DNA of 30,508 nt from Chiloscyllium plagiosum. Its lineage: Eukaryota. Positions within the stretch are counted from its first letter, which is position 1; each line of letters opens with the position of its first letter. The notes beneath the pieces are model-generated. The model was not told where the DNA came from and did no database searches. It saw nothing but the letters and a program-made list of their open reading frames with translations. Below, in pieces: positions 1 through 11,440 of the stretch. The stretch spans positions 54,436,972 through 54,467,479 of the forward strand of contig NC_057718.1 of the NCBI RefSeq assembly GCF_004010195.1. Reading direction: 5' to 3'. Made by a program: the position numbers and the translations under genes.

Positions 1-12
1 AAGCTTGCATAC

Positions 13-146
13 CAAAATATTTCTGATGAATCCAAGTGGAGTTTGCTCTACGACAGAAAAGAATCTGCTCCACAACTGAAGGAAGCCTCTTCCAGTTTGT
101 AAATTCAAGTGTAAAGTTAAGCATGTTATCACTGGCAGTATTTAAC
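13..146 (-). CDS. asb3: Internal coding exon of ankyrin repeat and SOCS box protein 3 (exon preceding the SOCS-box exon)
   Basis: Minus strand reads tttgtgtttgttctacag|G TTA AAT ACT...TAT TTT G|gtatgc. Translation is (W)LNTASDNMLNFTLEFTNWKRLPSVVEQILFCRRANSTWIHQKYF, matching the recalled vertebrate ASB3 segment IFTLEFTNWKTL...AWILQQHI. Length 134 bp = 1+44x3+1, phase-compatible with the exon at 16767-17018. Confidence 0.93.
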
Positions 147-804
147 CTGTAGAACAAACACAAATGAAATATCGCTAAAATGTAGTTTTCAATTACTTAA
201 GATTTAAACATAAATCTTCTCATTGCATTCATTTCTTTTATATTGAACAAGCCAGCAATCCATAACACTTGGCATTTAAGGAACAGGCAATTCCAGGAGT
301 TGCTAGGTGTCAACATTCAATTCTACCTAGCAAGTGAAGATGGCTCATTGACAGGTTGTCAATCGGTCAATTAGGTTAGTTTAGGAATCATTGAAGAGTG
401 GTTCAATACATTATTAGACAGGAATCGAAGGTCAGCGAGTTATGACAGCAACTAAAAGGAGACTCCATATTTGTTATCTTAGCCCTCAATTTTAAGCATA
501 GTTTAATTCTAACTTTTCTGCTAATGCTGTTAACTGGACTTTGGTCAGTGTTTGTTAATAACTCAGGAATAGGTCTTCATTCTCTAGAAAAGTTGTAGCA
601 ACTAACAAAGTCATTTTGGTTTTCAACGTGTACAGTAAAATTCACCCTGAAAATTTTATCAGGTTTAACCTCAGCAACTTCCAGCACTCTTATTTCTACA
701 TGGATTACTAACCATGTAAGAGCTCTCAAATTACATTATGAAATAATCCAGACAATGAACTTTACATTTGATCCCAGCTAAGATTGCCAAATTATATTAT
801 GAAC

Positions 805-907
805 TCAAACTAAAAGGAAATTTCTGGCGAAACCTAGCAGATCTGGCAGCAACCGTGGGAAGAAAGCAGAGTTAACATTTCCAGTCTGATAATTCTTCAT
901 CAGAACT
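805..907 (-). repeat. Short Penelope-derived repeat with a degenerate minimal hammerhead motif
   Basis: Minus strand 907-870 reads AGTT-CTGATGA-(decayed stem II)-GAAA-TG-T-T-AACT. It is homologous to the opposite-orientation copy at 14065-14155. Confidence 0.6.
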
Positions 908-2014
908 GGTTTGGGACCAAGCATCTTTATCTCTACAGTGGAAGACAAGAAGCAGGAGAATAAAGCCAAATGGTTCTGCAGTTTTGAATAATCAGTAGTA
1001 CAGTAAAAGTAAAACAGTCTACAATGTAAGTATACCTAATTCTAACACCCAGAATTGATCATGGGTAATTATCCAATCATCAAGCACCCTACAGCACCCA
1101 TCAGATAGCAAATGTGATCAAGCCAGATCCCACCGATTTCTCAGTAATTCCCTCCAGATGTTCTCAAAAGTTGTTCCATCATGAACTGCAGCAAGGACTG
1201 CTGTTCTGGTTGATCACTCTCCTTTCCTGGGTCAACAGTGCCCTGCATTCCAAAAACTGAACTCCAGAACCAGAAGTAGATAAATTAGCCTCTTGAACCT
1301 GTTCTACTATTCCATAAGACCAACAACAATTGGTTTGTGTTTTGAATTCCACATTGTTTGAAATTTGCGTCACAGGGAGACAGGGTGATTAAGAAGGCAG
1401 AATGTCCTCAACCGTAGTGAGTCTATCTGCAGCTCCAGCACTCCATTTGATGAATCAGGAACTGCGGCTGAACACACTTCCATACTTCGTGTGGAAGGAC
1501 CAGACAGGGTGGAAATTTTAAAGTGCACCCAGGACAGCTTTTTGTGCCAGTACACCGTCCTACTAGAAATGGCGCAGCACCAAACCGAATCCTCAGGAAT
1601 GAAGCTGGTCAAATAGTTGAATTTTCAACGGGTGAGCATTTTGCGAATAGTAACCATAGGTTCCAAAATCATAATAGAAAGAGATAAGGCTGGGGAAAAG
1701 TTTTAGTGTCTAAATTGGGGGAAGCATGATTTCAACATAAGACAGGATCTGGCAAATATAGACTGGGAGCAGCTGTCTGCAAGTAAGTCTACATTTGGAA
1801 AGTGGGAGTCTTTTAAAAGTAGTATAGTGAAAATTCAGATCTAGCGAGGCCCTCTAATAGTTAAGGGCAAGGACAACATTGTTGAAAGAACCCTGGATGC
1901 CAGGGGATAGAGAGTTTGCTAGAGAAACAGAAGGAAGCACATGTCAGATAAAGTGCATTAAAACAAGAGAGGCCCTTCACAAGTACAGGGAGTGCAGGAG
2001 GTTGTTTAAAAAGG

Positions 2015-4404
2015 GCAGAAGTCACACAACACTAGATTATAGTCCAACAGATTTATTTGAATCATAGCCTCTTAGCACCACCCCTTCATCAGGTGAAGTG
2101 AAGAAAAGCTATAAGCACAGAAGTTAAAGGCAGAGAGATCAAAAGATCATTAAATGGTGTGAGTGGCGTGTCGAGAGGCTGAATAATAAGTCTCTGCAGG
2201 CGATCAAAAGTGACAGACAGTGTGAGTAGATTGTCAACAGCTGAATAGTAAGTGAAGGAATGACCTATAATCTGATTATAGGAGGCATAGGGATAATTAC
2301 AAAAAAATAAAAATAAGGTGCTGCTGGAGACAAACCAAACGGCTGAAATAACATGATAGATATAAGAGTCACATGTCAAGGGTCTAACCAAAGTAACAAG
2401 TAACCCACAACTGTACAAACTAATTAAGGTAGAGCAATCATAACAAGTTATCATGGTGATGGTGTCAAAACAGGACAGTGAGGAAGATTTTACAAATACA
2501 CAATGGAGTCAAGTTAGGTAAAGGGGCAGTACAGAGAGATCTGAGTGTTCTTGTACACCAGTCAATGAAGGCAAGTATGCAGGTACAGCAGGTCGTGAAG
2601 AAAGCTAATAGCATGCTGGCCTTCATAACAAGAGGGATTGAGTATAGAAGCAAAGAGGTCCTTCTGCAGCTGTACAGGGCCCTGGTGAGACCGCACCTGG
2701 AATATTGTGTGCAGTTCTGGTCTCCAAATTTGAGGAAAGACATTCTGGCTATTGAGGGAGTGCAGCGTAGGTTCACGAGGTCAATTCCTGGAATGGCGGG
2801 ACTATCTTATGTTGAAAGATTGGAGCGAATGGGCTTGTATACCCTTGAGTTTAGAAGACTGAGAGGGGATCTGATTGAGACGTATAAGATTATTAAAGGA
2901 TTAGACACTCTGGAGGCAGGAAACATGTTTCCGCTGATGGGTGAGTCCCAAACCAGAGGACACAGCTTAAAAATAAGGGGTAGGCCATTTAGGACAGAGA
3001 TGAGGAGAAACTTCTTCACCCAGAGAGTGGTGGGTGTGTGGAATGCTCTGCCCCAGAAGGCAGTGGAGGCCCAGTCTCTGGATTCGTTTAAGAAAGAGTT
3101 GGATAGAACTCTCAAGGATAGTGGAATCAAGGATTATGGAGATAAGGCAGGAACAGGATACTGATTGAGGATAATCAGCCATGATCATAATGAATGGTGG
3201 TGCAGGCCCGAAGGGCAGAATGGCCTACTCCTGCACCTATTGTCTACAACAGTATAGTGGAGTTACATGTAGCGCAACATGAACCCAAGGTCATGGTTGA
3301 GACAGTCTTCATGGGTACGGAACTTGGCTATCAGCTTCTGTTAGGCAATTCTGCTCTGTTGAATATCGTGACGGCCACCTTGGAGGATATGATACCTGAA
3401 GATTGGAGGCTGAATGTTCTTGACCACTGAAATGTTCCCTGATTGAGAGGGAATATTACTGTTTGGTGACTGTTTCAGTGTCCATTCATCTGTTGTCGTG
3501 GCATCTGCATAGTCTCACCATATACTATGCCTCAGGGCATGCTTCCCTGCAGTGTATGTATTAGACAACATTGGCTGAGTCACATGAGTACCTGCCGTGT
3601 ACATGGCAGGTTGTGTTCCCACGTGTGATGGTAGTATCCATGTCAATGATCTGACATGTCTTGCAGAGGTTGCCATGACAGGATTGTGTGGCGTTGTAGT
3701 TGATGTTTACATGAAGGGCTGGTTAAGGCAACTTTTGAGAAACACAACAATGTAGAATCGCCAAGCAGAAATTAATAGCAGAGTTCCATACCCATGATGA
3801 CAGCCTCAAGCGGAATCTTGGGTTCATGTTGAGCTATATGTAACCCCACCACATTATTCTATAATCATAAAATCTTCCTTACTGTCCTGTTTTGACACCA
3901 GCACCTTGATAATTTGCTCTGATCACTCAACCTAATTAGTTGATACAGTTTTGGATTGCTTGTTACTTTGGTTAGACCCTTGGCTCACGACTCACATCAT
4001 CATGTTATTCCAGCCATTTGGCTGGTCTCCAACACCAACTTATTTCTAATTTTTTGTACTTATCTCTCTGCCTCAATTAATCGGATTATAGATCAACCTT
4101 TCATTTACTATTCAGTTGTTGACACTTTACTCATACCTTTGACACTTTTGATCACCTGCAGAGACTTACTATTTAGCATATTAACACTCCACTCAAACCA
4201 TTTGTATGATCTTTTGATCTCTATGCCCATTGATCTCTCTGCCTATAAATTCTGTGCCTGTGTGCTTTTCTTCACTTCACCTGACGAAGAGGCAGCGCTT
4301 CAAAAGCTTGTGATTTCAAATAAACCTGTTGGACTATAACCTGGTGCCGTGTGACCTCTGACCTTGACCACTCCAGTCCAACATCAGCACCTCCACATCA
4401 TGGC
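2015..4404. mobile_element. Penelope-like element with inverted pseudo-LTR arrangement; decayed GIY-YIG endonuclease on the minus strand
   Basis: Minus strand ~3690-3480 reads CHGNLCKTCQII...GRYSCDSANVV*YIHCREACPEA*Y/GETMQMPRQQMNGH (Cys-rich linker plus GIY-YIG). Region ~3730-4361 is an inverted copy of 2015-2497 plus 3250-3380. A 9-bp TSD TTAAAAAGG lies at 2006-2014 and 4405-4413. Confidence 0.85.
2498..3247 (+). mobile_element. Young 5'-truncated CR1 LINE 3' fragment nested in the Penelope-like element
   Basis: Uninterrupted ORF to 3164 with CR1 C-terminal motifs ([45 protein letters not shown]), followed by a CR1 3' UTR tail (gaatggcctactcctgc...). Confidence 0.92.
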
Positions 4405-4878
4405 TTAAAAAGGTGATTAGAAGGGCAAGGAAAGGCCACAAATATCTTTGGCAGATGGGATCAAGGAAAACTCTAAAGCTTTTTATAAGTATATTAACAA
4501 TAAGAGAATTACCAGAAAAAGGGTGGATCCAATAGAGCACAAAGGGGCAACCTGTGCCAGTAGATGTAGACGAGATCTTAAATTAATACTTCTCATCTAT
4601 ATTCACAGAGGAGAAAGACGTTATAGCTGGTGATTCCAATTGGGATGGTGAGATTCTAGAACATATTAAAATTAATAAGAAGGAGGTATTAAATGTTTTA
4701 ATAGGTAGAGGTGCACAACTACACAGGGCCTGATGAGATACATCTCAGGCTGCTATGGGTGGCAAGGGGGTAGATTGCTGAGGCCCTGGCGAAGATGTTT
4801 AATAATTTGATGGCCACAGGTGAAGTGCCAGATGACTGGAGGATAGTTAATATGGTTAGTTGATAGCTAAGAAGGGCA

Positions 4879-5077
4879 AAAATCTTCGAGGAGAAAGTGA
4901 GGACTGCGGATGCTGGAGATCAGAGCTGAAAATGTGTTGCTGGAAAAGCGCAGCAGGTCAGGCAGCATCCAAGGAGCAGGAGAATCAACGTTTCGAGCAT
5001 GAGCCCGAAACGTTGATTCTCCTGCTCCTTGGATGCTGCCTGACTTGCTGCGCTTTTCCAGCAACACATTTTCAGCT
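4879..5077. mobile_element. Short fold-back Penelope-derived insertion with 14-bp TSD
   Basis: 72-bp inverted arms at 4924-4995 and 5006-5077 with one mismatch. AGCTAAGAAGGGCA is duplicated at 4865-4878 and 5074-5087. Same family as 22560-22689. Confidence 0.85.
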
Positions 5078-5534
5078 AAGAAGGGCAGTACGGATAGGCG
5101 AGGTAATTACAAACTAGTTAGTTCTTCATCAGTGGTAGGGAAAGTATTGAAAAATATTCTGAAATACAGGATTAATCAATACTTTGAAAAGGCAGAGATT
5201 GCTCAGGGTTATCCAATATGGATTTGTTACAGGGAGTCTGTCTCATGAATGTGGTTGAGTTTTTTTTAAAAAAGGGTGACAAAATATATTGACAAGGCTA
5301 CTGCAGTTGATGTGATTTATATGGACTTCAATAGGCCTTTGACAAGTTCCCACCTGGAAGGCTGGTTCAGAATTTATGAACCCATAGAATTCAAGGCAAG
5401 TTAACAAACTGGATGCAAAACTGGCTTACAAATTGGAGGCAAAGATGGTGGAGTGCTGGTTTTGTAATTGGAAACCTGTGACCTGTCCTTTACCAGAGGG
5501 TTTGGTGTTGGGACTCTTGCTTTTTGTTATTAAC

Positions 5535-6630
5535 AATAAGACATAGGAGCAGAAATTAAACCATTCAGCCCATCCAGTCAGCTCCATCATTTTATCGTGG
5601 CTGATAAGTTTTTCCACCCCATTCTCCCCAAAACTGTTGATCCTCTTGACAAACAAGAACCTATCTATCTCAGTCTTAAATATACTCAATGACCTGGCCT
5701 CCACAGCCTTCTGTAGCAATGAATTCCAGAGTCACCATTCTCTGGCTGAAGAATTTCTCCTTATCTCTGTTCTTAAGGGTCTTCCCTTTATTCTAAGGCT
5801 AGGCCCTTGAGATCTAGTCTCTCTTATCAATGGAAACATCTTCCCAATGTCCACACAGTCCAGGTCGTTAAGTATTCTGTAAGTTTCAATTGGTTCCCTC
5901 CCTCATCCTTCTCAACTCCATTAAGTATAGACTCAGAGTCCTCAAACGCTCCTCATATGCTGAGCCTTTCATTTCTGAGTCTCCTCTGGACCTGCTCCAG
6001 GGCCAGTGAATCCTTCTTTAGGTATCTGGCCCAAAATTGTTCACAACATTCTAAATGTGGTCTGACCAGAGCTTCCTAAAACCACAAACATACTTTTATA
6101 TTTCAGGACTCTCGAGACTAACATTGTATTTGCCGTCCTAACTACTGACTCAACCTGCACATTTAACTTATGAAAAACCCAGATTCAGACTCCCAAGTCC
6201 CTTGTACTTCAGATTTCTGAACGTTCTCCCATTCAGAAAATCGTCCATGCCTCTATTCTTCCTACCAAAGTACATGACCTCACACTTTCCCACATTGCAT
6301 TCCATCTGCCACTTTGCCCACTCTCCTAAACTGTCTAAATCTTTCAGCAGCCTCCCCACCTCCACAGTACTACTTGTCCCTTCACCTATCTTTGTATCGC
6401 ATGCAATCTTAGCCAGAATACTCTCAGTTCCTTCATCCAGATCGTTAAGGTGTAAAAAGTGAAAAGTTGTGGTCCCAACACCAACCCTTGTGGTATATCA
6501 CTAGTCACCGGCTTCCATTCTGAGAAGGATCTTTTTATCCCCAATCTCTGCCTTTTGCCAGACGGCCAATCTTCCATCCATCCTAGTACCTTGTCTCTAA
6601 CACCATGGGCCCTTATCTTACTCAGCAGCC
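5535..6630 (-). mobile_element. CR1 LINE 3' fragment (RT C-terminal part plus tail)
   Basis: Minus-strand ORF remnants SFSEWKPVTSDIPQGLVLGPQLF, EWAKWQMECNVGKCEVMYFG and LQKAVEARSLSIFKTEIDRFL. Confidence 0.9.
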
Positions 6631-6911
6631 TTTTTTCTCTCCGAAGTGTCTCGAACCAAAGTCTTACAACTCACCCTGCTACCAACAAATTTTCCATAGC
6701 ACATCTCTCGACCCTCCTGACTATTTTCTTTGGTTAGAGAAGGAGGGAAGGAAGGAAGGAAACACTACAGTGATGTCCTGCACCAGGCAGGCAACATAAC
6801 GTGGTGGACTCTCTAACCTGCTTACAAAGAATACTATCTATTTCCCTAATTATAGAGTCCCCTACAAATGCCACTTGTCTTTTTGCTCTTTTAATGACTT
6901 GGATGTAAAGA

Positions 6912-7162
6912 CACTTGGTGGCCCCCTACACTAGCCTGCTGCAGAGACTTTGGAGAGAGACTACAGTATAATGTTTGTCTTTTTAACTTGCTGATCTATT
7001 TGTGTACAGCTATAATGTAACTTTTTTTTTCATTTTTCTATTCTGCAACTAAGGATTGTACCTAGGTACCTTTCTACCTAAGATGGTGCTGCAAGTGGCA
7101 ACTTATAAGCTTTTCATTGTACTCTTTTGAATATGTGACAATAAAGCTAATTCAATTCAATT
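6912..7162 (+). repeat. 3' tail of an unclassified non-LTR retroelement
   Basis: Interrupts the host CR1 between NDLDV and the (F)ADD region. Ends in gtgacAATAAAgct followed by (AATTC)n-type short tandem repeats. Confidence 0.55.
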
Positions 7163-7641
7163 AAACATAAAAGGTATACTTACTTGCGAATGACACAAAA
7201 ATTGGTGATGCCATTGATACTGAGGGAGAACAGTCTCAGGTTACGGTCTGATATTAATCATGGGTAACCTGGGCAGAGTAATGGCAGTTGGAGTTTGACC
7301 CTGGTATGTGCAAAGTGATGAATTTTGGGAGGTCTAATAAGGGAAGGACATATACGATGAATGGGAGTCCCGAGTAACAGCGGGACTTGTGTACAAATCT
7401 ATAGATCCTTTAAAGTGTCAGCATAAGTGGATAGGGTGGTGAAGATGGCATATGAAATGCTCGCCTTCATTATCCAGGGCATAGAATATAGGTGCAAGGA
7501 ATCCTTACAACTTTATGAAACATTGGTTAGGCCATGGATGGAATACTGCGTACAATTGTGGTTGCCACACTATCAAAAGGACATGATTGTACTGCAGGGG
7601 GCGCAGAGGAGATTAATCAGGATGCTGCCTGGGATGAAAAG

Positions 7642-7988
7642 CTATCCCTAGTAGCCACACACGCAGACGACAAGCAACATGAATTCGACTGGGACAACAC
7701 TACCATTATAGGGCAAGCCAAACAAAGAACAGCCAGGGAATTCCTAGAAGCATGGCACTCATCCACAAACTCCATCAACAAACACATCGACCTGGACCCA
7801 ATATACCGGCCACTACAGCGGACAGTTGAAACTGACAACCGGAAGCGGCAGGGACAGGCCACTATAAATGCCGGAGGAAACACCATAGAAGCGCTTCACA
7901 GGAGGCTCCCAAGCACTGAGGATATCACCTAGACAGGGGATGAAACGTTTGCAACAAAAACTTCCAGCTCAGCGAACAGAACCACAGC
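7642..7988 (+). mobile_element. 5'-truncated Penelope-like element (GIY-YIG C-terminus plus 3' UTR/pLTR)
   Basis: ORF segment LSLVATHADDKQHEFDWDNTTIIGQAKQRTAREFLEAWHS...INKHIDLDPIY is typical of the PLE endonuclease C-terminus. An 8-bp TSD ATGAAAAG lies at 7634-7641 and 7989-7996. Confidence 0.88.
7913..7952 (+). ncRNA. Minimal type I hammerhead ribozyme motif
   Basis: GCA-CTGAGGA-T-[ATCACCT AGAC AGGGGAT stem II]-GAAA-CG-T-T-TGC. Both core boxes are intact, stem I is GCA/TGC, and stem III is palindromic (AAACGTTT). Confidence 0.75.
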
Positions 7989-8399
7989 ATGAAAAGTCTC
8001 AGTTATGAGGACAGACTGGATAGGCTGGGTTTGTTTTCCTTGGAGCAGAGGTGATTGAGGGATACAAAATTATGAGAGGTTAGTCAGAGTAGATTTTGAT
8101 AATTTCTTCCCCATGGCAGATGTGTCTAAGACAAGAGGACATAAGTTTAAACTGAGGAGCAAGTGGTTTAGAGATAGGAGAAAGAATTTTTTCCACCCTG
8201 ATGGTAGATATATGGAAAGTGCTGTCTGAAAGGATGGTGGAAGCAGATACTCCTGCAATATTTATAAAACACTCGGATGAGTACTTAAAATGCTGGGGGA
8301 GGTGGACCAAGCGCAGATAAAGGGGATTATTTGGTGTTTGTTTTTTGGCATAGACATAGTGGACCTTAGGACCTGTTTCTATACTTGTATCTCAATATC

Positions 8400-10880
8400 T
8401 TCCCGATCAATGTCCTCCGGCTCCACACATAGATTGTCCCCTTGGTCCCTAAAGTCTTATTCCTTCCCTGGTTATCCTCATCCCCTTGATAAACTTATAG
8501 AATATTTTGGAATTCTCTCTAATCCTATCCATTTTTTTTTCATGTCCCCCTTTGCTCTCCTACATGCTTTATTTAGATCCTTCCCTGCACTTTCTACACT
8601 CCTCTATGGCTTCTACTGATTTGCTCACTTTGTACCTTTTAAAGCCCTTTCTTTTACTTTTTATCCAATCCTGAATATTCTTGGACATCCATGGACTTGT
8701 TGCTCTTACATTTCACTCAAAAGGAAACATGTTGGGCCTGTATTCTGGCCCATTCCATTTTGAATGCCTGCACTGTTCTGCTGTAGATTTACAGAGAAGC
8801 AGCTGTTCCTAGTCTATTTAGACCAGATACTGCCTTATTTTAATAAAATTTACCTTCCTCCAATCACAACTCTTTTTTTGAGACTTTTTTTTTCCTTTTT
8901 GATAACAAACTTAAAATGTATGGTGTGGTCAGTACTGTCATTAAAATGCTGTCTCACAGCCACTTCAAACAACTGTCTGGCTCCGTTCCCCAAAATTAGG
9001 TCCAGCACTGCAATGTCCTCTGTTGAATATTCCACATGTTTACAAAAAAACCTTCTAAATACGCTTCAAGAAATCTGCACCCTCTAAACACTTTACAAGT
9101 GTCCCAAATCATACTGGGGAAGTTGAAATCCCCCAAATTATTACCCTACTATTGTTTTTAACACATCTTTGTGAATTGTCTATATATCTGCTCCACTCTT
9201 GCCTGCCAACTGGGAGTCTATAACATTCTCCCAGCAATGTGATTGTTCCCTTTTTATTTCTCAGTTTTACCTACGAAACCTCATTTTTGGACTCTTCCAA
9301 GATATCATCTCTCCTTACTGCAGTAACTGACTCCTTAAATAATAATGTGAAACCATCTCCGCTTTTACATTCCTGCCTTCTGCTACCTTAAGATCCCATT
9401 CCCCAAAATGTTGAGTTGTCAGTCCTGTCCCATCCTCAGCCACATCTGTGATGGCAATTACATGGCAATTTCACATCAATCCACACCCTTAACTTAACTG
9501 ATTTACCTACAACACTGCTAATATTAAAGTAGAAGTCATCAAACTTCGCCTCACTCCATAGAAACTCATCATGGTTGAACTCCCTTTATGAAAGTATGCT
9601 GTATCCCTCATGTAGTAACACTGTCTCCTCCTCTTGCCAAACTAGTTTAAGTTCCTTCCAGAAGCCTAAGCAAAACTATCTGCAAAGAGTTGGTCCCATT
9701 CTGGTTCAGATGAAGATCAGCCCACTTGTACAGGTCCCATCTTTTCTAGAAATGGTTCCAGAAATCCAACAGTCCAAAGCCTCCCTCCTGCACCAACTCT
9801 TGAGCCACACATTCATCTGCCCTATTCTCCCATGTCCATACTCACTAGCTCATGTCAACGGGAGTAATTCAGAGGTTACAAACTTTGAGGTGCTGCTATG
9901 TTACCTACTGCGTAACACCCTCATTTCTTGATGCAAGACCTCATCCCACAATCAAAGTATATTGTTGGTACCAATGCATACCACTGCCTCTGCCTTATTA
10001 CTCTCCCCCATTAGGATGCCGTGCAGCTTTTAGATTACTTAGTGTGGAAACAGGCCCTTCGGCCCAACAAGTCCACACCGCCCCGCCGAAGCGCAACCCA
10101 CCCATACCCCTACATTTACCCCTTACCTAACACTACGGGCAATTTAGCATGGCCAATTCACCTGACCTGCACATCTTTAGACTGTGGGAGGAAACCGGAG
10201 AACCCGGAGGAAACCCACGCAGACACGGGGAGAAAGTGCAAACTCCACACAGTCAGTCGCCTGAGGCGGGAATTGAACCCGGATCTCAGGCACTGCGAGG
10301 CAGCAGTGCTAACCACTGTGCCACCGTGCCGTCCACGGTGCTCAGTAACATTCCTGATCCTGGCACTAGGAAGGCAATACACCATCCTAGAGTCGTATCA
10401 GCAGCTGCAGAAATGCTTGTCTTTTCCCCTAACCACTGAATCTCCCATCACTATCATGCCTGCTTTCTTCTTCCTCCTGTTCTGTATTGTCAGGCTGCTT
10501 GTGGTGCCAGAAGCTTAGCACTATCTGCAATCCCTTGAGGAACTAACACCCTCATCAGCTTCCAAAATGGAAAACCAATTTGTGACAGGACCCCAGAGGT
10601 TCCTGCACAACCTGCCTGATTCTCTTTGACAGCCTTGTGGTCACCCATTCCCTTCTTTCTTCCAATCACTTGAACTGTGTTGTGACCACCTCTGTAAACA
10701 TGCTATCCATATAACTTTCAACCTCACAATGTGTCACAGTGTCTCCAGGGACAGTTCAAGTTCTAAATCATGGAGCTTAGCTTTCTGCCATTGAGATCAA
10801 ATCATAGTCACAAGGTCATCTACGATGTCAGTAGGGTCCATAACTTTCTAAATATAACAGGTTGTACATTCCAGTAGGCT
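8400..10880 (-). mobile_element. Old CR1 LINE 5' portion (ORF1 plus endonuclease domain), interrupted by a SINE
   Basis: Minus-strand remnants AVLDLILGNGA...QHFNDSTDHTIHFKFV (8850-9035) and GDFNFP (~9116-9134). The ORF1 region 9640-9990 is similar to 28150-28500. Confidence 0.78.
10030..10333 (-). mobile_element. tRNA-derived V-SINE (HE1-like shark SINE), near full length
   Basis: Pol III A box TGGCACAGTGG (10323-10313) and B box GGTTCAATTCC (10279-10269). V-domain GTGGAGTTTGCAC..TCTCCCCGTGTCTGCGTGGGTTTCCTCCGGG..CTCCGGTTTCCTCCCACA. CR1-like 3' tail (GGGCCGAAGGGCCTGTTTCC). Confidence 0.93.
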
Positions 10881-11159
10881 AACCTCACCTACTGTGACTT
10901 AAGTTGATATTACTCAGGTTACAAAGTCCTTCCAACCAATAAATCACAAAAAGACCTTACAAGCAATAAATCACAAAAGAAAGCTCTTCCCCTTTACACT
11001 GAAATCCGACTGTGCTCCAAATTCACAAACACACTCTGATTGTACCTCCCTCAGGAAGTGCTCTCGCTCCCAACTGCTCGTGTGAAGTTCACTGAAGAAT
11101 CAAGTCTAATCTCCTTGTAACAGGAAAGGTTAAAAAATGTCTGAATAGAGCTTTCCAAT

Positions 11160-11440
11160 ATAACAGGTTTTGATACAGCAAATAGGAAAGAATAATCCTT
11201 TAACAAAAGGGGCTAATAATTCAAGGTCATAAATACAAAATCATTGGAAAAAACAATACGGGGGAGAAGTTCAAGAGAAGTATTAAAATTTAAGAGTTAT
11301 CAGGATCTGAAATGCTGCTTCAGAAAACATGATGGAAATGGAAGCAGGACAGAATCTGGAGCATGAGAAATTTACAGGATTATGGACAAAGAGGCAGTGC
11401 AGAAAACAAGCTACTGGTCTACATCTGTACTGCAAACTTC
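11160..11440 (+). mobile_element. Highly decayed CR1 3' fragment
   Basis: Faint similarity to the CR1 C-terminus (GFD...GHKYKIIG...RVIRI*NA). Confidence 0.45.

Larger units (their letters stand above)
1495..8390 (+). mobile_element. Old decayed CR1 LINE ORF2 (endonuclease to RT to 3' tail) split by nested insertions
   Basis: Collinear pieces at about 1495-2014 (EN region, VEILKCTQDSFL / GEHFANSNH), 4405-4878 (IKENSKAFYKYI), 5078-5530 (YMDFNR.FDK), 6890-6910 (NDLDV), 7163-7641 (ANDTKI, LVRPWMEYCVQLW) and 7989-8390 (C-terminus and tail). Order matches the more intact copy at 25161-28580. Confidence 0.85.

Noticed and set aside
1..6. Window starts with a HindIII site (AAGCTT)
   Set aside because: It reads continuously with the asb3 donor site, with no vector sequence; likely coincidence.
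1179..1612. Two short minus-strand ORFs near the asb3 exon
   Set aside because: No similarity to ASB3. Part is the antisense of CR1 endonuclease sequence, and the two real exons already join in frame.
2478..3164. 228-aa ORF as a host gene
   Set aside because: It is a 5'-truncated CR1 C-terminus whose start codon is borrowed from the flanking Penelope sequence.
3590..3611. 22-nt near-palindrome ACCTGCCGTGTACATGGCAGGT
   Set aside because: It lies within decayed Penelope coding sequence, with no independent sign of function.
7534..7932. 132-aa ORF as a novel chimeric protein
   Set aside because: It is a chance fusion of an out-of-frame CR1 stretch with the Penelope insertion at the TSD junction.
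10021..10518. Overlapping ORFs and tRNA-like sequence
   Set aside because: All derive from the V-SINE. The A and B boxes belong to a SINE head, not a tRNA gene.
10937..10980. Short direct repeat CAATAAATCACAAAA (x2); similarly TATTCCAGATAC (x2) near 14265-14298
   Set aside because: Two-copy local duplications, not a CRISPR-like or satellite array.
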